Below, in pieces: positions 54,547 to 59,220 of a stretch of DNA of 59,220 nucleotides; position 1 is the stretch's first letter, and every line of letters begins with the position of its first letter. Below the pieces are notes generated by a model. That model did no database searches. It saw only the letters and a list, made by a program, of their open reading frames with translations, and had not been told where the DNA came from. The DNA is from a virus. Taxonomy: Duplodnaviria; Caudoviricetes. A program made the translations under genes and the position numbers. The DNA lies in the IMG/VR virus record IMGVR_UViG_3300034012_001519, positions 1-59,220 of that record. One strand, given 5' to 3'.

Positions 54547-54876
54547 ATGGGTTACCAGCGTTTCGTTGCTCTCGGGAATGTGACCAAGGATCCCGAGATC
54601 CGCCAGGTCGGTGAGAACGAAGTGGCCAAGTTCGGCATTGCCGTCAATGGCTACAAGGACAGCGTGGAGTTCTTTGATTGCGAGTGGTGGAAGCCCAACG
54701 GCGCCATCGGCTACGTGACCAAGGGAACGTCCGTGCTGGTGGAGGGGGAGTTCCAGACGCAGAAGTGGGAGAAGGACGGGCAGCAGCGCAGTAAGGCTGT
54801 GCTGAAGGTCCGCACGCTCCAGCTCTGCGGCAGTCGATCCAAGGCCGAGCCTGAGTACGCCGGGGATTTTGCCTGA
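54547..54876 (+). CDS. ssb: Single-stranded DNA-binding protein
   Basis: LGNVTKDPEIR, KG..VLVEG, WEKDGQQRS; short acidic-aromatic tail. Confidence 0.92.
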   Translation: MGYQRFVALGNVTKDPEIRQVGENEVAKFGIAVNGYKDSVEFFDCEWWKPNGAIGYVTKGTSVLVEGEFQTQKWEKDGQQRSKAVLKVRTLQLCGSRSKAEPEYAGDFA

Positions 54877-54890
54877 CAAGAGGCGCGCCC

Positions 54891-54932
54891 GCCCGCGGTG
54901 GAGAACCTCCGACTCCACCGCGGGCCCTCTTT
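54891..54932 (+). terminator. 13-bp perfect hairpin after ssb
   Basis: GCCCGCGGTGGAG/CTCCACCGCGGGC followed by CCTCTTT. Confidence 0.55.
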
Positions 54933-54962
54933 ATCGGAGACATGAGGACAGGAATGGTTTGC

Positions 54963-55205
54963 ATGGCACGCGAGTACATCGAAGACCCATTGTTTGATGC
55001 GGAAGACACGGACATCTGCCGGTCGCTGATCGAAGCGGCGTGTGCGTTTGAGTCTGCCCTGACCGAACTCCAGGCCGAGACGGGCTGGCTGTTCTCCGGG
55101 GAAGTCAGCCGTCGCATCACGGAGCTCCTGGGGGATCGCCCTCCGGAACTGCTGTCGGATTCTGAGGTGTGGTTTGTCATCGGCGGGCTTGTTGACAGGG
55201 ACTGA
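54963..55205 (+). CDS. Hypothetical protein
   Basis: ORF between ssb and the helicase. Confidence 0.55.
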   Translation: MAREYIEDPLFDAEDTDICRSLIEAACAFESALTELQAETGWLFSGEVSRRITELLGDRPPELLSDSEVWFVIGGLVDRD

Positions 55206-55206
55206 G

Positions 55207-56709
55207 ATGCAACTGCGTGATTACCAATCCGAGATCGTAGACGCTCACCTGCGTGCGCTCGCAGATGGGGTTCGCTCTACGCTAACGGGCCTGTTCACCG
55301 GAGCTGGGAAGACGGTGGTGTTCGTTGAGACGGCCAACCGCATCTCTGGCCGGACGCTCATCCTCGCCCCGCTCCGGGAACTGGTCTGGCAGGCCGTGGA
55401 CAAGGTGCGCGACATCACGGGGGCCGATCCCGGGATGGAGATGGCCGAGTACCGCTCCCAGGAGGACGAGTGGTGGTCGCCAAAGGTCATCGTCGGGTGC
55501 AAGCAGACGCTGATCCGCGGTCGCTACAAGAAGTTCACCGACATCCGGCTGGTGATTGTGGACGAAGCCCACCTCCAGTTCTCACCGGCCTGCCTTGAGA
55601 TGTTCCGCTGGTTCCAGGAGCGTGGGGCGATGGTCGCAGGGTTCACTGCGACTCCCTTCCGCATGGACGGGACGGCGATGCGGGACTTCTACGAGCATGA
55701 AATCTGCAACCGCGATGTTCAGTGGGCCATCGAACAGGGGTGGTCGGCTCCCTATGTGTGCAAGCTGGCTCGCGTTCAGGAATTGGATCTGTCTGGCGTC
55801 ACTGTCTCGGGTGATGACTTCAACCAAAAGCAGCTCCAGCAGGCCGTGGAAAAGGAAGCCAACCTCCACCGTATCGCCCTGATTACCCAGGAAGAGATGG
55901 AGGGGCCGACCGTTGTGTTCACGCCATCGGTCGCCTCGGCCAAGGGTGTCTGTCACTACCTGACCAACAACTACGGCATCCCTGCGGTCTATGTGTACGG
56001 CACCCAGCCCGAGGAGGAACGGCAAGATGCTATCCGGCGATTTAAGACTGGAGAGGCGAAGGTTCTTGTCAATTGCCAAGTTGTGGCCGTTGGCTTCGAT
56101 CATCCGCCGACCGCCACCCTCATCCTCGGAAGGCCCACAAAGTCCCGATCTTTCTGGTTGCAATGCGTGGGACGAGCCACTCGTCCTCTCCCCGGAGTTG
56201 TGGACTACGAAGGCTCGGATCCATCCGGCCGTATTGCACGGATCGCAGGATCTGGAAAGCCACGTTTCAAGATTGTCGATTGCACTGATGCAAGCCTGGA
56301 CCACCGACTTGTCACAGCCGTGGACATGTTCTGCACGGCCGACAAGGAAGTGCGCCAGGTCATCAAGAAGGCTGCCGCTCAAGCCGCCGAGCCGCTGACC
56401 CAGGAGCAGATCGACGCCCTGGCCCAGCAGGAACTGGAGCGCCGGCTGATTGCCCAGGACATCGAAGCCCGCCGCAAGCGGATGCAGGGTCAAGCGACGG
56501 GCCGTCTGTTTTCCGAGGAGGTGCAGATCGGCTCGGGTAAGCGGTGCGTCGGAACGTATGTGAACCCGCTGAAAGGCAAGTTCGCCGGCCGCACGCTCAA
56601 CACGTTGCCTGATTGGTATCTGCGTTGGGCTGCCGTTCACACCAAAGGTTGGGTGAGCAGTCTGTTTCGCAAGGAGAGGGATAGGAGACATGGCAAGCAA
56701 ACGGCCTGA
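55207..56709 (+). CDS. Superfamily 2 DEAH-box helicase
   Basis: LRDYQ, TGAGKT, DEAH, TATP, GFD.P, QCVGRATR. Confidence 0.93.
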   Translation: MQLRDYQSEIVDAHLRALADGVRSTLTGLFTGAGKTVVFVETANRISGRTLILAPLRELVWQAVDKVRDITGADPGMEMAEYRSQEDEWWSPKVIVGCKQTLIRGRYKKFTDIRLVIVDEAHLQFSPACLEMFRWFQERGAMVAGFTATPFRMDGTAMRDFYEHEICNRDVQWAIEQGWSAPYVCKLARVQELDLSGVTVSGDDFNQKQLQQAVEKEANLHRIALITQEEMEGPTVVFTPSVASAKGVCHYLTNNYGIPAVYVYGTQPEEERQDAIRRFKTGEAKVLVNCQVVAVGFDHPPTATLILGRPTKSRSFWLQCVGRATRPLPGVVDYEGSDPSGRIARIAGSGKPRFKIVDCTDASLDHRLVTAVDMFCTADKEVRQVIKKAAAQAAEPLTQEQIDALAQQELERRLIAQDIEARRKRMQGQATGRLFSEEVQIGSGKRCVGTYVNPLKGKFAGRTLNTLPDWYLRWAAVHTKGWVSSLFRKERDRRHGKQTA

Positions 56710-56801
56710 CGTTCTCCTGGATGACACGCTCCAGGAGGTCTTGGATTACTTCGATGTGGATCACGTTTTCCCCACAACTTTCATCAAGGAGGAGAGGAAA
56801 G

Positions 56802-57320
56802 ATGGTTGGTTTCGCAGACTACGAAGTCGAATTGCGGCATGCTTTGGCGCACGCCCCAGAGCTGAAGCGTCGGTGTCTGGTGAACGGTCAGCCAGCGGCC
56901 CATGTGGCCCGGCTCCTGGGGCTGCGGGCCCAGCAGACGCGGGGGGCAGTGCGGCTGCTGAAGCGGCTGAACTACATGCCGTCGCCCGAGCGTCTCGCCC
57001 TGGTGGTCATGCGTGACTGGGGCTTGGATGACGCCGACATCGCAGAGATTTTCTCCCGGTCGAAGCGTTGGGCCACGGCCGTCCGCGACAACGCGGATGA
57101 GATAAAGGCGAACGAGCCCATCCCGGAACGCCTGGAGTTCCTGGACTGCGGGCTTCAGCGAGACGATGTGCCCCCGGAGGAGTTGTACAAGCGCGCGGCG
57201 GAGCTGCGTGCTGCGGGTGTGATCCAGGGCTGCATGGTTGGTCAGCCGCGCGTGCCGGTGGCCATGCATGTCTACTCCTTTTGGAATAACTATGCGCTCG
57301 TTCCAGTCGGCACTCGCTAA
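56802..57320 (+). CDS. HTH-containing putative transcription regulator
   Basis: AAHVARLLGL and DADIAEIFSRS HTH-like segments. Confidence 0.5.
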   Translation: MVGFADYEVELRHALAHAPELKRRCLVNGQPAAHVARLLGLRAQQTRGAVRLLKRLNYMPSPERLALVVMRDWGLDDADIAEIFSRSKRWATAVRDNADEIKANEPIPERLEFLDCGLQRDDVPPEELYKRAAELRAAGVIQGCMVGQPRVPVAMHVYSFWNNYALVPVGTR

Positions 57321-57909
57321 CGGCCAGAAGGCTGAACGCAAGTGGGTGGAGGCGATGCGGGCCAGCGGACGGTCGGTCGCTCACGGCAAGAAGATCGTTG
57401 TCAAGAAGCATTGCAGGAAAACTGGCCATGTCGAAACCCCTGACGCCCTCGGGCTGTTCTCCATTGAGATCAAGGAGCGGAGCCTGTCGTTCGATGATCC
57501 GGAGTCCTATCCCTACGACACGGTCTTTGTTGATGACCTGCGCGGCATGGGGATGGAGTCCACGCAGAACCTCATCTACGTGTACCTGTCGAAGCCCACG
57601 GGCAAGTGGGTGTGGCTCACCATCCTGGACCGTGACGAGAGCTGGACAGAGGCCGTTACGTATGACCGCGGCCGGGGGCATGAGGTGCCGGTCCTCGTCG
57701 CTCCGAAAGCGCATCTCCGTACGGCCGACTCACTGATCAATTTGTTGTACCCGCACGCCTATCTGGACCTAGTAGATGGACCAACCGAAGCCTTCCTTGC
57801 AGGAGGAGGAGAGACTGAAGAGCGAGAACGATACGTTGCGAAGACGCATCCGGACGTTGGAGGCCGAACTGCAAAGGCTCCAGCAAAAACTCGTAAGCAC
57901 ATGGGGTGA
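57292..57909 (+). CDS. PD-(D/E)xK nuclease-family protein
   Basis: G..AE...TPD....IEIKER. Confidence 0.65.
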   Translation: MRSFQSALANGQKAERKWVEAMRASGRSVAHGKKIVVKKHCRKTGHVETPDALGLFSIEIKERSLSFDDPESYPYDTVFVDDLRGMGMESTQNLIYVYLSKPTGKWVWLTILDRDESWTEAVTYDRGRGHEVPVLVAPKAHLRTADSLINLLYPHAYLDLVDGPTEAFLAGGGETEERERYVAKTHPDVGGRTAKAPAKTRKHMG

Positions 57910-57915
57910 AATGTA

Positions 57916-58194
57916 ATGTTTGGCAAACAAGTGATCTGGGAAAACATTCTGAAGTTCCGCACCTTCAACCATGTCATTCGGACCTGGGTGGAGCGGAAAG
58001 AGCATGGCCCGTCGCACGGCGATGACATGGCCAAGATGCAAGCCTGGGTGGCAGCCAACCGTCAGCGGCTGGACATGCTTCCGGGAGAGGACATTGCCAA
58101 GGAGATGGCCAAGGAGTTCCCGCGGATCTCCGCCATCGAAGTGATGAACGGCTTCGCCAATGAAGGCTGCCTCCTGTACCCGAGGTGGCCATGA
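57916..58194 (+). CDS. Hypothetical protein
   Basis: Coupled ORF. Confidence 0.6.
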   Translation: MFGKQVIWENILKFRTFNHVIRTWVERKEHGPSHGDDMAKMQAWVAANRQRLDMLPGEDIAKEMAKEFPRISAIEVMNGFANEGCLLYPRWP

Positions 58195-58418
58195 CCCTTC
58201 CCTGCGAGCGAACGCTGGCGGTCCTACGCGCCCGCAACTTCCTGGTGCGGCTCTCCAACGTCTACGTGGAGGGCGGCATCAAGGGGATCCGCCGGGAGGT
58301 ACGCCAAGAGGCGAGGGCTGTGCTGCGACATTTCCCGCACTGGTTCGACATGGGACGGGCTGACTGCTTTGACGAGCAGGCCGCAATGCTGTGGGCCAAC
58401 GAGGAGGACAAGACATGA
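58191..58418 (+). CDS. BPSL0761-like conserved protein
   Basis: MTLP.ERT.AV.....FL..L...VR.EA...LRHFP. Confidence 0.65.
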   Translation: MTLPCERTLAVLRARNFLVRLSNVYVEGGIKGIRREVRQEARAVLRHFPHWFDMGRADCFDEQAAMLWANEEDKT

Positions 58419-58969
58419 CCGACCGTGACCACTTCGCCGCTGCGGCACTGACCGGGCTGCTCTCAAACACCCAGCGCTACCAACTGTATCCGCTGACTAG
58501 GCAGGCATGGGAGATTGCCGACGCCATGCTCCGCGAGCGGGAGCGAACCGATCTAGACGCCGCGCCGGCGGCGAGAGCCCCGACAGACGCCAGCCCTCTC
58601 CGCCCTGACCAGGGCGTGACGGTTGGCATGGGCACCGGCGATACACAGGGGCCGGTGGCGTGGGCGGTGATGTATCCGAACGGAAAGGGCGTTGAAGAGG
58701 TTTTTGAGTGCGAGGCTGATGCCCGCGATGATGCAAGCCATGACCAAGAGATCGTCCCGCTCTACCGCGCACCGCAGACCTGCCCATACGTTGTTGGCCG
58801 CACAACGCTGCACTGCTCGCTGACGCCGTTCACGCTGACCGACCAGGAGCGGGAGGCGATCCAATGGTTTTCCAGCCTGTCATACGGAGAGGGCGGGCGA
58901 GTGGCAACATACGCCGACACGCTACGGGGAATGCTGCACCGGCACGGATCAGGAGCATCGCATGAGTGA
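58415..58969 (+). CDS. Mosaic phage protein (RD.FAAAAL.GL N-terminus; PVAW...VPLY domain)
   Basis: Two recognisable small phage domains fused. Confidence 0.7.
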   Translation: MTDRDHFAAAALTGLLSNTQRYQLYPLTRQAWEIADAMLRERERTDLDAAPAARAPTDASPLRPDQGVTVGMGTGDTQGPVAWAVMYPNGKGVEEVFECEADARDDASHDQEIVPLYRAPQTCPYVVGRTTLHCSLTPFTLTDQEREAIQWFSSLSYGEGGRVATYADTLRGMLHRHGSGASHE

Positions 58970-59220
58970 CGCAGAGACACCGCAGGACTCGGCAGCGACT
59001 CATGACCTGGATCGGCCGATGTGCTACGGATTCGCCGCAGACGGAGTGTGGATGGACACGCACTACGGCTGGGTGATTCCTGATGACGCCGTCGCTGATG
59101 CAGGCGAGGCGGGGCCGACGCGAGACAGCCAGCGATCAGCGGCTCCGTCCGCTGCATCGCGTGGTTCTGTGGTTTGCGGGATGAAACAACAGGAGAATCG
59201 AAATGCTCTACAACGCAATT
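58962..59220 (+). CDS. Hypothetical protein reading through the attC-like site; stop TAG formed across 59220/1-2
   Basis: AGGAG SD, ATG at 58962; frame open to the window end. Confidence 0.5.
   Translation, partial: MSDAETPQDSAATHDLDRPMCYGFAADGVWMDTHYGWVIPDDAVADAGEAGPTRDSQRSAAPSAASRGSVVCGMKQQENRNALQRN
59122..59172. repeat. Second, internally deleted attC-like site
   Basis: GCGATCAGCGGCTC identical to 132-145; 59147-59172 matches 185-210 at 25 of 26 positions. Confidence 0.65.

Larger units (their letters stand above)
1..59220. mobile_element. Probable complete temperate tailed phage genome (podovirus-like morphogenesis), circularly permuted
   Basis: Terminase, portal, capsid, tail tubular and ejection-type genes, integrase and recombination module all present; no host housekeeping genes; no tape measure or sheath seen; reading frames close across the 59220/1 junction. 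Confidence 0.9.

Noticed and set aside
58985-59030. Third, degenerate attC-like remnant
   Set aside because: Only a faint resemblance; no convincing paired arms or AAC/GTT boxes.
1-59220. Stop-codon reassignment
   Set aside because: Core genes (terL, portal, capsid, helicase) are intact in the standard code, and TGA, TAA and TAG all occur as coupled gene ends.

Overview
The window looks like a complete, circularly permuted 59,220-bp temperate podovirus-type tailed phage genome. Joining base 59220 to base 1 restores one ORF in frame and creates the stop codon of another. The host is probably a member of Planctomycetota; this is an inference from the attC-like site style, CsrA-type leader hairpins, Cys-rich proteins and protease-only lysis region. 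Layout: (i) 1-7.5 kb (+): small genes, a roughly 300-nt highly structured non-coding region, nucleases, a candidate lysis block with S8 and C1 proteases but no recognisable peptidoglycan hydrolase, and a sigma-70-family factor; (ii) 7.3-18.4 kb (-): a serine recombinase and about 35 small, translationally coupled early genes, including a C5 DNA methyltransferase; (iii) 18.6-20.2 kb: a divergent promoter region, an atypical orphan ORF and a probable genome-end/packaging region; (iv) 20.2-51.9 kb (+): virion genes (scaffold, major capsid, terminase, portal, tail tubular proteins, internal/ejection proteins); (v) 51.9-59.2 kb: a tyrosine integrase beside a tRNA 5' fragment (candidate attP), and a RecE/ERF/SSB/SF2-helicase module. 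The most unusual signals are: integron attC-like hairpins flanking a small gene with no IntI present; a tail-region repeat protein whose repeat-to-repeat variation has the signature of DGR adenine mutagenesis although no reverse transcriptase or template repeat is present; the structured RNA candidate upstream of an HNH gene; and six consecutive identical SD-stop-start gene junctions. All family assignments come from motif recognition by eye; no database searches were run.
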